Assembly: GCF_006345805.1 (NCBI RefSeq)
Contig: NC_043009.1
Location: 19,282,001 to 19,346,000, forward strand
DNA from: Octopus sinensis
Taxonomy: Eukaryota
Direction of reading: 5' to 3'
DNA length: 64,000 nucleotides
Below are positions 12,954 through 25,449 of this stretch, one piece after another. Each line of letters starts with the position of its first letter. The stretch's first letter is position 1. Below the pieces are notes generated by a model. That model was not told the DNA's origin. It made no database searches and was given only the letters and a program-made list of their open reading frames with translations. The position numbers and the translations under genes were made by a program.

Positions 12954-13767
12954 TCTAATCTATAAAACAAAAAAGGCGAACGTTGATACAAATTGGATTT
13001 TTATGTAAAAAGGGGTCTAAATGGGGCTGGAAGAAGATTAAAATTTACAGGAGGGGCTAACTTGAGGTGAGAAATTGATGGGGAGACGTTTTGGAGCGCT
13101 ACAGTGGTTGCTTTAGTGTGAAAACGAGGATTTTATGGACTTTTAGGGACACTTGGGGGTCTAGATTGGACACCTTTTGCCCAATTTCAATGAAATTTTC
13201 AACATGGTAAAGTGGAATCGGATTTGTAATTCAAGCGCGGAAAATGGGTTCGAAATTTTGAAAATTAAGGCAAGATTTTTGAAGTTGAAAAAAATTTCCT
13301 ATTTTTTATTGTTTACAGTTTTCATTTTTTGTGAAAGAAATTTACAGCTGCATGTAGCCCGTATTTAGACCTTTCATTTGCATGGTTAATCGTCGAAAAA
13401 TTCCCAAAATAAGTACTAAAGTTAACAAAGAAATCCTTTTTTCCTTATTTTTAATCGCTCAAATAGTGGCATGTAGAAAAGGCAAGTGTGCTTTCCCTTG
13501 TTACTGCCTGATATTTATGATTGATCTTTCAAAATAGTTTCTTTCTCAACTTACTCGAGATCTTTTGTTTTTTTTTTAATAAGAGAGAGATAGAGAAAGA
13601 TAGAGAGAAAGAGAAAACTAGGGAGAGTCCGAGAGAAAGGAAGAGTAAGAGAGTGAGAAAGTGAGAGAGAAAGGAGAGAGAAACAAAAGAGGGAGAATGT
13701 GGCGATAAGAAACAGAAAGTAACAACCACACCCTCACCCGCGCGTAGAGCGGGTCACCTTAAGCTAG
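12954..13767 (+). mobile_element. Non-autonomous Helitron
   Basis: 5' A|TC start; 3' hairpin ACCCGC-gcgtaga-GCGGGT (13736-13754) followed by CTAG|T (13764-13768). Confidence 0.7.
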
Positions 13768-13861
13768 TATATATATAATTTTCATAGCACCACACACACA
13801 CACACACACTCACACAAATACACGCATATATAAAAATGCTTAGCGGTATTTCGTCTGCCGT

Positions 13862-13980
13862 ATTTACGGTCATATCACTTTGAAAACACCGGTTCTCGTC
13901 CGATCACCGAAGTTAAGCAAAGTCAAGCCTAGTCAGTACTTGGATGGGTGACCGCTTGGGAAACCTAGGTGCTGTAAACG
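13862..13980 (+). rRNA. 5S rRNA: Full-length 5S rRNA copy (gene or retro-pseudogene) without oligo-T terminator
   Basis: TTTACGGTCATATCACTTTGAAAACACCGGTTCTCGTCCGATCACCGAAGTTAAGCAAAGTCAAGCCTAGTCAGTACTTGGATGGGTGACCGCTTGGGAAACCTAGGTGCTGTAAAC. Internal control region is recognisable and helices pair (TTTACGG:CTGTAAA, ACTTTG:CAAAGT, GCCTAG:CTAGGT). Confidence 0.92.
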
Positions 13981-13983
13981 TAA

Positions 13984-14345
13984 AAGGTGGCGAGCTGGCA
14001 GAAACGTTAGCACGCCGGGCGAAATGCGTAGCCGTATTTCGTCTGCCGTTACGTTCTGAGTTCAAATTCCGCCGAGGTCGACTTTGCCTTTCATCCTTTC
14101 GGGGTCGATTAAATAAGTACCAGTTACATACTGGGTCGATATAATCGACTTGACCCGTTTGTCTGTCCTTGTTTGTCCTCTCTGTGTTTAGCCCTTTGTG
14201 GGTAGTAAAAAAGTAGGTATTTCGTCTGCCGTTACGTTCAGAGTTCAAATTCCGCCGAGGCCGATTTTGCCTTTCATCTTTCATCTTTAATTCGTTTGTC
14301 TGTCCTTCTTTGCCCCCTCTATGTTTAGCCCCCTGTGGGCAATAT
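13984..14345 (+). mobile_element. SINE family B with internal partial duplication
   Basis: Head aaggtggcgagctggcagaaacg (A-box-like TGGCAGAAACG) and B-box-like GAGTTCAAATTCC; the body segment repeats at ~14215-14280. Confidence 0.85.
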
Positions 14346-14688
14346 ATATATATATATATACATATATATATAATTTAGAGGATTGACCACTAAAAGTGGA
14401 CAGCCTGTATGCTAGATATAGACGTCAAAATCGCCATTTCCCACGGAGAGCAAGTTCTCAAGAAAAAATTCAACAAAAAACCAAAGCGTAAAAATAAGCA
14501 AGACAAATGAAATTATACGAAATAAAAAACGATTACCTAAGTACTAATTAGTTTCACTTGTTAATAATTTACGTATATGAATACATAAACATCTGCAAGA
14601 TCATCAGCATAGTCTGTGTTTATGAAACACAATTTCTAGAACTAGATACAGGGCGCTCGACCGAAATCCAGCATTGCATAGAGTGAAT

Positions 14689-15109
14689 CTTTTCGGTTTG
14701 AACGGCAGTTTTTCTAGCGGTGTCATATGAAATTGTCACCAATATTTATGACCCTAGTATCGATCTATTGCATTTCAATCTGTTTTAGGGTTAGGGTTAG
14801 GGTTAGGGTTAGGGGTGGGGGAAGGGTATCTTTTTTTCTTCAGAAATGTAAATAAATCCAATCTGTTTCTTAAACGAGGGACATATTCATACGCACAGAA
14901 TGTTTTTTTTCCTCAATAGACGTCATTGATTGGTTGAAATAGCAGAAATTGAAGAAAAAAAACAACAAATATCTTAGAAACTATAGAATTTTCTCAATAA
15001 AGCCAAAAGAAAAAGATGTTTTATAAACACATTCTACCAGTATACGAAGTTTAAAAGTGTTTATTTACGTGGAAATTATTTTTAAAAAACTGCTGTTCAA
15101 ACCGAAAAG
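14689..15109. mobile_element. MITE with 25-bp TIRs containing (TTAGGG)5
   Basis: TIR cttttcggtttgaacggcagttttt vs aaaaactgctgttcaaaccgaaaag (24/25 match); TTAGGG x5 at 14785-14814. Confidence 0.8.
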
Positions 15110-15202
15110 GTACCATAGAGTTCCACAAATTATATATATGTATATATATATATATATATATATACACATACATATATATATACATACATACATATATATA
15201 TA

Positions 15203-15282
<80 letters not shown>

Positions 15283-15346
15283 TTTTCTTTTTTTAGAAAG
15301 ACATAAATAGAGCAGTCTACAGAGAGAAACCCAGGGTAACCTTATA

Positions 15347-16572
15347 TGTTACCCTGGGTTTCTCGCTATAAAGGTACCCTTTATGGCTTATCTTCAGACC
15401 CTAAGACATGTTGGCCTATGGCTTCTTTAAAATATGAAGGGGAAAACGATACAGCAGCGCTGGACTAACCATTAAGCAGCAAAATAGGCGCGTGCTTGGG
15501 ATATCAAGTGAAGGCGGGACACTACAGAAATGTTAAATGGTTTACAGCACAACAGAAATCACTTTAAACGTGCTAAAATAATATTCGGGATGTCTTTATC
15601 TCTACTAAGTCTAGATGCAGATGCGTAACCTAAAATTAATTTTGAGGATCTGATGAAAGACTTTGCAATTCAAAAAAGTAGGAGGAAACTTTGCAAATAT
15701 AAATGAAGTGGAAGAATACGAAAATAAACATTAGTTTCCCTCTTACTGGTTTGTTTTTGTTTTGTCAAATACAAATCTATTTCATGGTATGTCATTGTTT
15801 ATATTTTAAATTACATAATTTTTTATGGGTGCGCCAAAATCTTTTAAGTTCTTAGGGCCCCGATGGGTCTTAATCCGGCCCTGCGATACTGATATAAACA
15901 ATGCAGATTATCTCCCTTTGGTGTTGGTCATTAGCTTCCGGCAATATCGTCCTCCTTCAGCTATGCTACCTGTAGGCTATAAGGGTAAAAGTTAGGGGAT
16001 TATCTCCTACTCTCAACAGCAATTAATTTCCAGGTGTGGTATAATTATCGCTAATACCACTATTATCGCTATTATGTGGTTCCGAAAACGCTAACAGGAA
16101 TCTCCTGAAATGCAAACACGGACCGAAAATCCCCGTTCTGGAGTTCAGTATGGTCCCTGGTACGTGCGAGGTTTTCAGGATTTCCATGTGTTCGGTCCTA
16201 AAAAACTCGTACGTACCAGGGACCATATGAACTCCAGAATGGAGATTTTTGGGCTGTGCTTGCATTTCAAGAGATCCCAGTTAGCGTTTTGGGAACCGGA
16301 TAATAGCGATAATTACACCATAGCTGGAAATTGATTGCTGATGAGAGTGGGAGATAACCCCCTACATTTTTTCCTCATAGCCGACAGGTGGCATATCTGA
16401 AGGAGGACGACACTGCCGGAAGCCGATGACCAACACGAAAAGGAGATAATCCCCATTGTTTATACCTGTATCATTTCCCCCTCCATATTTTAAAGAGGCT
16501 TTAGGGTCTGAAGATAAGCCATAGGGTCTGAAGATAAGCCATACTCTTTATGGTGAGAAACCTAGGGTAACC
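15347..16572. mobile_element. Fold-back (almost fully palindromic) MITE with TA flanks, interrupted by a nested hAT MITE
   Basis: Termini (t/g)gttaccct(g/a)ggtttctc. Arms pair throughout (15347-15454 plus 15892-16170 vs 16200-16572); TA at 15345-15346 and 16573-16574. Confidence 0.8.
15455..15883. mobile_element. hAT-type MITE with 8-bp TSD
   Basis: Ends CAGCGCTGGACTAA / TTAATCCGGCCCTG; TSD CGATACAG (15447-15454) vs CGATACTG (15884-15891). Confidence 0.75.
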
Positions 16573-17271
16573 TATAAACCGGCTATCACCTGTATGTATA
16601 TGGGTTTGTGTGTGTGTGTGTGTGTTGAGGTTATGAGAGGTAATGGTATGAATAAGACCCAAAAGTGTCAAGTAATGCTGAGTAAGTGCTATGGACAGAC
16701 CATAGTTAAGCTCCAGGTTCGGTGAGTATGCGAATAAGGAGTCCAACGTAGGTCAGATATCAGTATGCGTATATATAGAAAAATTAACAGAATGAAATAA
16801 AAATCCAAGGCTGTGAAAGATTTCAGACATTTATAAAGAGGAGGTCTTACAGCTGTTCCGGGGTAATTTTATATATCCTTTCATGGGAGGCGGTGTGAGA
16901 AAATGGTTAAGCAATAGTTATTCTAGATAAGATATGAAATAGAGAGTGAAGTGGAGGAATGAAAATAGACGTGAGATATGCAGGGATATTGTATCTGCAG
17001 TTATATATGTATAATATCCGAAGATGGATTAACTGGATGAAATTTTATTCTTGTTTAAGAATAAATTTAGTACTGCACAAAAGTGTATGGTAACCCCTCA
17101 GATCAATGTAACATTGTTTTTATTATAACTAGACATGAAGAGACACACACGCACACACACCCACACAAACACACATTAATACATACATACATACATACAT
17201 ACATACATACATACATGCATACATTAATACATACATACATACATACATTAATACATACATACATACATACA

Positions 17272-17305
<34 letters not shown>

Positions 17306-17317
17306 CATACATACATG

Positions 17318-17787
17318 CAGTAAAATGTGACAACCGATTCAGACTTTGTGGAATTAACATCGAAGTTATCACCCACATCATAAGCAATTGTCCGAAAATG
17401 TCATCGTGGTTTTATCTACCGGTGAGACATGATGCTGTAGCTAGGACACTGTATAATAAAATCCGTCGAAAGGATGAAGAAATAAGAACCCACAATATGG
17501 CCGAAGCCATAACCATACATAATAAAATGAGTACTGGTGGAATGTCCCTGTTAAAACCTCAGTAAAATGTTAACACAATAGACCTGATATAATGGTTTGG
17601 GATAGAGAAAAGAAACGGTATGTTTGTGGAAATCAGTTGCCCAGCGGATGTTAACATAAAACTGAAGATCAGTGAAAAAGAGAACACCTATGCGTATGTA
17701 TGTATGTAAACGTGAAGGAGCCCTGGATCTAGGTTAGAAACCGGTTCTTTCTCTATTGTCAAGAAATTTTGAAACAAACTGAATAAT
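17318..17787 (+). pseudogene. R4/Dong-type RLE non-LTR retrotransposon 3' fragment with 3' UTR
   Basis: RLCGINIEVITHIISNCP (CCHC knuckle remnant), RHDAVAR, EYWWNVPVKT..HNRPDIMVWD..MFVEISCPAD (PD..D RLE). The UTR gtgaaggagccctggatctagg... recurs at 27710-27785. Confidence 0.8.
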
Positions 17788-17925
17788 GGCGCAGGAGTGG
17801 CTGTGTGGTAAGTAGCTTGCTCACCAACCACATGATTCCAGGTTCAGTCCCACTGCATGGCACCTTGGGCCGACCAAAGCCTTGTGAGTGGATTTGGTAG
17901 ACGGAAACTGAAAGAAGCCCGTCGT
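17788..17925 (+). mobile_element. SINE family A tRNA-like head (internally deleted)
   Basis: ggcgcaggagtggctgtgtggtaag...ccaggttcagtcccactg carries A- and B-box-like motifs. Confidence 0.85.
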
Positions 17926-17938
17926 TTATATGTATGTG

Positions 17939-17972
<34 letters not shown>

Positions 17973-18205
17973 AAGGCGGCGAGCTGGCAGAAACGTTAGC
18001 ACTCCGGGCGAAATGCGTAGCCGTATTTCGTCTGTCGTTACGTTCTGAGTTCAAATTCCACCGAGGTCGACTTTGCCTTTCATCCTTTCGGGGTCGATAA
18101 ATTAAGTAACAGTTACGCACTGGGGTCGATGTAATCGACTTAATCCCTTTGTCTGTCCTTGTTTGTCCTCTCTGTGTTTAGCTCCTTGTGGGTAGTAAAG
18201 AAATA
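17973..18205 (+). mobile_element. SINE family B
   Basis: aaggcggcgagctggcagaaacgttagc...gagttcaaattcc...ggggtcgatgtaatcgac. Confidence 0.85.
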
Positions 18206-18279
18206 GGTATTGCGTTTGCGTTTTTTAGTTGTAATTCCTGGGTACGATATATATACATATTAGATAAAGATAGACCGGC

Positions 18280-18480
18280 CATGGTCGAAATGGGATTACT
18301 TCGAAAGATCTCTGGAGTAATATTACCTGACATGAAGCAAGGTTAAGAAGTCGTTTTAAGTCGAGCCACTACTTACCCTCACTGAGTGGTCGCATCTCCG
18401 GTACTACGGATATGTGATTAGAATGTCACAGGCAATAATCACAAAAGATCTGCGCGTCAAATTGAATGGATCCTCTTTAT
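18280..18480 (+). pseudogene. RTE-like LINE 3' remnant
   Basis: EMGLLRKISGV...VEPLL...SHLRYYGYVIRM resembles EMRFLRRI..VEPLL..QLRWYGHV.RM. Confidence 0.55.
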
Positions 18481-18640
18481 TTAATTACTTCACTGCTTTA
18501 TAACTTATAGTGTGCTTCTCTTTCGGATTTATGATTTACTGATAATAAATATATACGCACACACGTACGTACGTACGTACGTACATACATACATACATAC
18601 ATACATACATACATACATACATACATGCATGCATGCACGC

Positions 18641-18671
<31 letters not shown>

Positions 18672-18677
18672 CATACA

Positions 18678-18704
<27 letters not shown>

Positions 18705-18708
<4 letters not shown>

Positions 18709-18922
18709 TTCTTTACTGCCCACAGGGGGCTAAACAAGGATAGACAAAGGGTTTAAGTCGATTACATCGACCCCAGTGCGAAACTGGTACTTTATTTATC
18801 GACCCCGAAAGGATGAAAGGCAAAGTCGACCTCGGCGGAATTTGAACTCAGAACGTAACGACAGACGAAATACCGCTAAGCATTTTGCCCGGCGCGCTAA
18901 CGTTTCTGCCAGCTCGCCGCCC
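18705..18922 (-). mobile_element. SINE family B
   Basis: Reverse complement of the family B head and body. Confidence 0.85.
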
Positions 18923-19129
18923 TATATAATATATATATATATATATATATACATTATTTATATTATTATATAATCGAACGCCACGCGTCCATTTCCAAGT
19001 ATATATATATATATATGTATGTATGTATATATATATATACATACATGCATACATACATACATACATACATACATACATACATACATACATACATACATAC
19101 TTACATACATACATACATGCATACATACC

Positions 19130-19166
<37 letters not shown>

Positions 19167-19267
19167 TACTATGTTGATATAATATACACATATTCGATTA
19201 TTCGATATATAGATTCACAAGCGCGCATGTAGTATTGTGTGTGTGTGTGTGCGTGTCTGTGTATGTG

Positions 19268-19336
<69 letters not shown>

Positions 19337-20512
19337 TATAATGTGTTCATGCATGTTATGAAGCGTGTAAATGCAAGTTATATAAGTAAGGAATCTAGAA
19401 ATAAACGGTACCAAAGGCGTGAAGGAATGTATGAATGAATGATTTGAAAATGAATAAATTTTTGACGGCGTTGCTGCCGTCGTCCTCAGACGAGGTAACT
19501 CATTATGTTCTTATCTATAAATGAGAATTGGTAACGTTGGATACATACCTCTATTACAATGTATGCCTCCGCAAATCCAGAATACTTGTGCGGTTTGAAG
19601 TTATCTTTGTATCATGATTAAGTAGTCCTTGGCAATCTCGTTATTTATCGCATCCTAAGTTGTTGTCAAAATCTATCTCATTATTTCTTACATTTTTGCT
19701 CCAATTGAAAGACTGCATTTGGAGATGTAGATTTGCGGTGCTGCTCTCTGACTCAAATGTGTTGTTATATTCGATGTTTATACTACCATGCTGGCAAGTT
19801 AAGTGGTATACTTCACTTGATTCAGAACACTTTGGGTGACTACTGTCTGATTCTCTGTTCTGATTGGACAGCTGCTAAAAGTGATGGGTTTGTGGCAGCT
19901 GGAAATACTATATCATAAAACATCTGCTGTTGTTTTTGTCAAGGTAGCTACGACATACCTTGTCTCGTTTCACAGAGCTATTATCTTGTTTGTTGTTGGA
20001 AGAAGTTTTTAAAATTTATTTTCTTGACGACATTTTTAACAGCTCTTTCGTGTTTTACACAGCATCTTAAAAGCTTGCATCATGCATAAAAGGTTTGTAA
20101 CTTGAACTACGGATCAGGTTATTACGCTGTTATTGATTTCTTTCCCTTTTAAGGAATTAGTTTTCTTTTCTTTCTCTATCTGACGGATATAATGAGTATT
20201 ATTTTTCTTAATAGTATTTTTCGCGAGCCCGATGATACCTTAAGTCGACACTGATTGGGCACGTATCATGAAGTGGTTCCTGTAGTTCCATTTAGCTGTC
20301 CTTTTGAGAGGACACTTAGAAAAAGACACTGCGGTGGCTAAATGTAGACATAGACAAAAGAATCATGAAAAACTATTTTCTAACAACAAACAGGATATCA
20401 CATAATAGACATACATGTTTCCAGGTTCGGTTCCACTGTGTTACACGTTGGGTAGGTGCCCCGGGTAGACCGAAACCCTGTGAGAGGATTTCATTAAAGG
20501 AATCGGAATATA

Positions 20513-20553
<41 letters not shown>

Positions 20554-20558
<5 letters not shown>

Positions 20559-20723
20559 ATACAATATGTTACATTACTCGGTAGTCAAGATAAAACTCTG
20601 AGTTTCAGATGCCGAAGTGGAAATCCACAACACCGAAGAGATGGTGTTGTGGATTTCCACTTCGGCATCTGAAACTCAGAGTTTTATCTTGACTACCGAG
20701 TAATGTAACATATTGTATAGATA
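20554..20723. repeat. Perfect 81-bp inverted repeat with 8-nt loop, within a small element in (TA)n
   Basis: 20554-20634 is the exact reverse complement of 20643-20723; loop GAAGAGAT. The right arm continues as unique sequence to ~20785. Confidence 0.95.
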
Positions 20724-20783
20724 AATTTCCTCTATTTACATAATATTGAGGTCTCTTTCTTCTTTTGTTATCTTACCGTTTAT

Positions 20784-21303
<520 letters not shown>

Positions 21304-21379
21304 ATATATATATATATACATATGTATATATATATATATATATATATACATATGTATATGTATATATATATATATACAC

Positions 21380-21477
<98 letters not shown>

Positions 21478-21499
21478 ATGTATATAATTTTTTCTTCCA

Positions 21500-21714
21500 T
21501 TACTTTACTTATTTCAGTCATTTGACTCCAGCCATGCTGGAGCACCGCCTTACAGCGTTTTGGTCGAAGAAATCGACTACAGAACTTATTCTTTGTAAGC
21601 CTACCACTTATTCTATCGGTCATATTTTGCCGTAACGCTAAGTTATGGAGACAAAAATACACCAGCATCGGTTGACAAGCGATGGTGGTGATACAAACAC
21701 AGACACACAAATAT

Positions 21715-21800
<86 letters not shown>

Positions 21801-21960
21801 GACGGGCTTCTTTCAGTTTCCCTCTACCAAATCCACTCACCAAGCATTGGTCGGCCCGAGGTTATTATAGAAGTCACTTGCCTAAGGCGCCACGCAGTGA
21901 AACTGAACCCAGGACCATGTGGTTGGGAAGCAAGCTTCTTACTACACAGCCAGACCTACG
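21500..21960 (-). mobile_element. SINE family A, second full copy
   Basis: Same head/microsatellite/tail architecture, more diverged. Confidence 0.85.
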
Positions 21961-22089
21961 CCTATGTATATATGTGTGTATGTCTCACTCTCTCTCTCTC
22001 TCTTTCTCTCTCTCTCTTGTATAGATAGATAGATAGATAGATAGATAGATTAAAATAAGAGAAATAAATACAAATAAAAAGTTGGGATA

Positions 22090-23160
22090 AAAACTAAGTA
22101 AATAGCTTTTAAAGATTGCCTTGAAGGGGTCTATATAAGATGTAGGACAACAGGAAAACTGTTCAATCTCAAAAGACTCTGTGCCAAAACTAAAGTTCTG
22201 CATTCTCACCTTGTTGAGTTTCTGTATGCAGATGATTGTGACCTGTTGGCACATTATCAGAAAGAAATGCAGCACGTGGTGAATGCGATGTCTGCAGCAT
22301 TGGGTCTGACGTTCAATTTTTTAAAAACTGTTATAATGTACCAGCCCGCTTCCTCCAAGATGTATGTGGAACCTTTTATAACTGTGAATGGTCAAAGGTT
22401 GGAGACTGTACCTAGATTTATTTAAGAAGTACCTTCAGCACTTCTGGTCTTGATGATGAAATTCCATACAGAATCAGCAGGGCTAGTAGTGCTTTTGGCA
22501 GGCTTGATAGGCGTCTGTGGAAACAACATAATATATCTTCACAAATTAAAATTAAGGTATATAACACATGCATCCTCCCATCTTTGCAATATGGAAGTGA
22601 GGTATGGGTTGCTTACCGTAGGCAGGTAAGGCAATTGGAACGATTTCATCAATACTGTCTGAGAAAAAAAATTGGGGATAAACTGGAAAATGGCCATTAG
22701 TAAAGTGGAGTTGCTTGAGAGGAGTGGCAGTAGAAGTACAAAGTCAATGATTTTGCTGAGACGTTTGAGGTGGTGGGGGGACATTTGGTAAGGATGAGTG
22801 ATGAGCGACTGCCCAAGCAGCTATTGTATGGTGAGCTGGAAGTTGGCAGGAGACCAGCGCATAAGCCAAAACTAAGGTTTAAGGATTGCCTTTAAAATGC
22901 TCTAATACAGACAGGAATTGCATCTGGTAATTGGGAGAGGGAGGCACAAGACCGTGATGGATGGAGTAAGATAGTGCATGATGGTTGTTCAAGGTTTGAG
23001 AGGGTGAGAGTGAAGTATGAGAGAATTAGGAGGGGGATTAGAAGGTGGGAACCTGTGGAAAGTGAGAGAGTGTTGCTTTTTATGTGTGTGGTTTGTGGGC
23101 GGAGGTGTTTGAGTCGTGCACGCCTGGTGAGCCATCAAAATTCTCATAGAAATCGACTCA
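22090..23160 (+). pseudogene. RTE (BovB-like) LINE, 5'-truncated and degenerate
   Basis: GVYIRCRTTGKLFNLKRL...FLYADDCDLLAH, RLPKQLLYGELEVGRRP, and C-terminal C2H2 CVVCGRRCLSRARLVSHQNSH. Confidence 0.88.
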
Positions 23161-23869
23161 TGGTAAGCAATGATGTGGCTATTAAAAATCATAACAGAAC
23201 ATGTTAAGAGAGAGCATATGGTGGTACCTGTTTCTCCTGCCAGCCAGCACAGTTGTCTAGTATGTAATAAAAGCTTGGCCGAACTTTAAAATCATATAAG
23301 GGCATCACATGGCAACAATCATGAATCATTTCAGTAAGTTTATGCAATCGATGTCTTTGATTAGCTAGAATTACGTAACTATGGATGCTTGTAAATTCCT
23401 TTATCAGAAAGAAAACAAATGCAATTTTCGCTATCGGCATGCAAAACTACATTAGAACGATATTTTTGAAAATACTCTGGGGAAAATATCTGGAAAACCT
23501 TCAAGTGGTTGGAAGACATTTAACAAGAACTAACCTGGTACTTATCCTATTGGTCTTTTTTTACCGAACCGTTAAGATACAGGAACATAAACAAACCAAC
23601 GCTGGTTGTCAAGCAGCAGTGGGGACAAACACAAAGACGCACATGGGCACACACACACACACGCGCACATCACAACTGTCTGACGAACGGGAACGACCAC
23701 ACTTTTTTACTCTTGCGTCCGTCATTCTTGAAAATAATTTCACATTCGTGAGGATCTTTATTTGTTTACTGCTTTTAATGATTTTATGGGTACGCAGAAT
23801 TTCCTTCAGCCTGGGGTCCTTATGGAGTATTGGGAGATTTGGGACAATGATGTTAAATGCTTCTTTGAT

Positions 23870-24720
23870 TCTGGGGAACTTTGGTTAGAAACCAAGAACA
23901 ATAAGGTCCATATCCTTCACTCCCAATATGCCAAACCCATGGTCACTAAATACCTTGTCCACAAGAACACAGCCATTGCAGACAAGGCCAAGTTCAATAT
24001 TCTTATAACAGACTTGGTGAGAGCGATGAGTAATGTGTCTCGCATGTGCGACCCTAAGGAACTGGAAAGACACATACAACACTTCATCCACTGCAAGCAA
24101 AGGGACAGGATTAGAGTGTACAAAGGAGTCAGGGTTAAGTATAAAGCCATCATAGAGAGTGATGAAAAGAGGAGCTGCCCGCTATACAGAAGTAAATCCT
24201 GGAACAGCACAGAGAGGATCCGAAAAGAGGTAGATAAAGCCAACTCATGGTATGACGACAAAAAATACCAGTGTCATGTTCGCTGACAGCGAACTAGCAT
24301 ACTTTTTTAGAGAAACATTAGATAAGGCCAATCTACAGATTAAAAGTAATAGAAAGGCCTGGTTCCCTCTATAAAAGTCCTGATCTGTAGAACTTATCAC
24401 TTCGACAGGTTCCCAAGTACAGAGAATAATCGTATTGCATGTAGAATGAAGCCACGGGCTAACTGTAAGGTTAGGAATATAGTGTATAGCTTACGATGTA
24501 CTGAAGGATGGTGCAGAAGCATGACAACTGCTTACATTGTAGAGACAGCATGCAGCATAGAAGAGCGTATAGGTGAAGACACTGGCGAGAGCTGAAAGAA
24601 GAGAAAGGCTCGTCAACGCTCAGCCAGCATGGTCAAGCAGAACAAAGTGGCTCAGTCGATAGCATAGGGGTCAAAGTATTATCAACGCAGAGAACAGAGC
24701 AATAGACAGACCGTGCCTCA
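23870..24720 (+). pseudogene. Penelope-like element fragment (RT thumb plus GIY-YIG)
   Basis: QYAKPMVTKYLVHKNTAIADKAKFNILITDLVRAMSNVS is thumb-like. Downstream NCKVRNIVYSLRCTEGWC...AYIVETACSIEERIGE / HWREL...STLSQHG is GIY-YIG-like. Confidence 0.65.
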
Positions 24721-25449
24721 ACTGAAAACACGACTGGAACAATAACACCCACTACCACACCACACTACACCATGCAACATGCCGTCTAAAGACGTCGTGT
24801 TGGATATGGATACAAGAAGTATTAGACTGAAGGGAGAAAAACAAACATACAAATAGCGCAATACACATATGATAGACATATATACACATATACGTATGAT
24901 AAATATAAAAACAATTGACATAAAAAAGTCTGTATAAAGGGCACGGATACAAACAACATTTGACGACCGCAACAATATCAACGATACCACTAACAACGAC
25001 AACAGCAACAACGGTAACAACAATGGCAACAACAACCACGATGGCAGTAGCGTGGGTAATTCCACAAGCAAAGGGTACAAAAAGCCGGGTTCAAGGGCAG
25101 TAGCAGCGGCAACGAGGTAGGGGACGGGGCTGACAGGAGGGTCATAGTGCTACTAAGAACAATGACACACACACATGTACACACACATACGAAGACAGGC
25201 GCATGCGCATTTAAGGATACACACCATAGAAGAACAGAATGGAATAAGCAGAGCAAGAGCACACACGAAAATGTCGCTGGGGAGGTTACAGATGTGTGAC
25301 GAAAGATTTCCGGACAATGCACATGAGTGAGAATAAGAACAGTAATAAACGAGTGAAGAACGAATATATGGTGCGTGTGTTTATTTGGCAAAAAAAAATG
25401 ACCGTCCCAAAATACAATAATATGTTTCAACACACGGCTTCACATCAGG

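Noticed and set aside
19530-20100. Possible minus-strand exons with strong donors (GAG|GTATGT, AAG|GTATGT)
   Set aside because: All frames of the candidate exons contain stops, and no recognisable protein.
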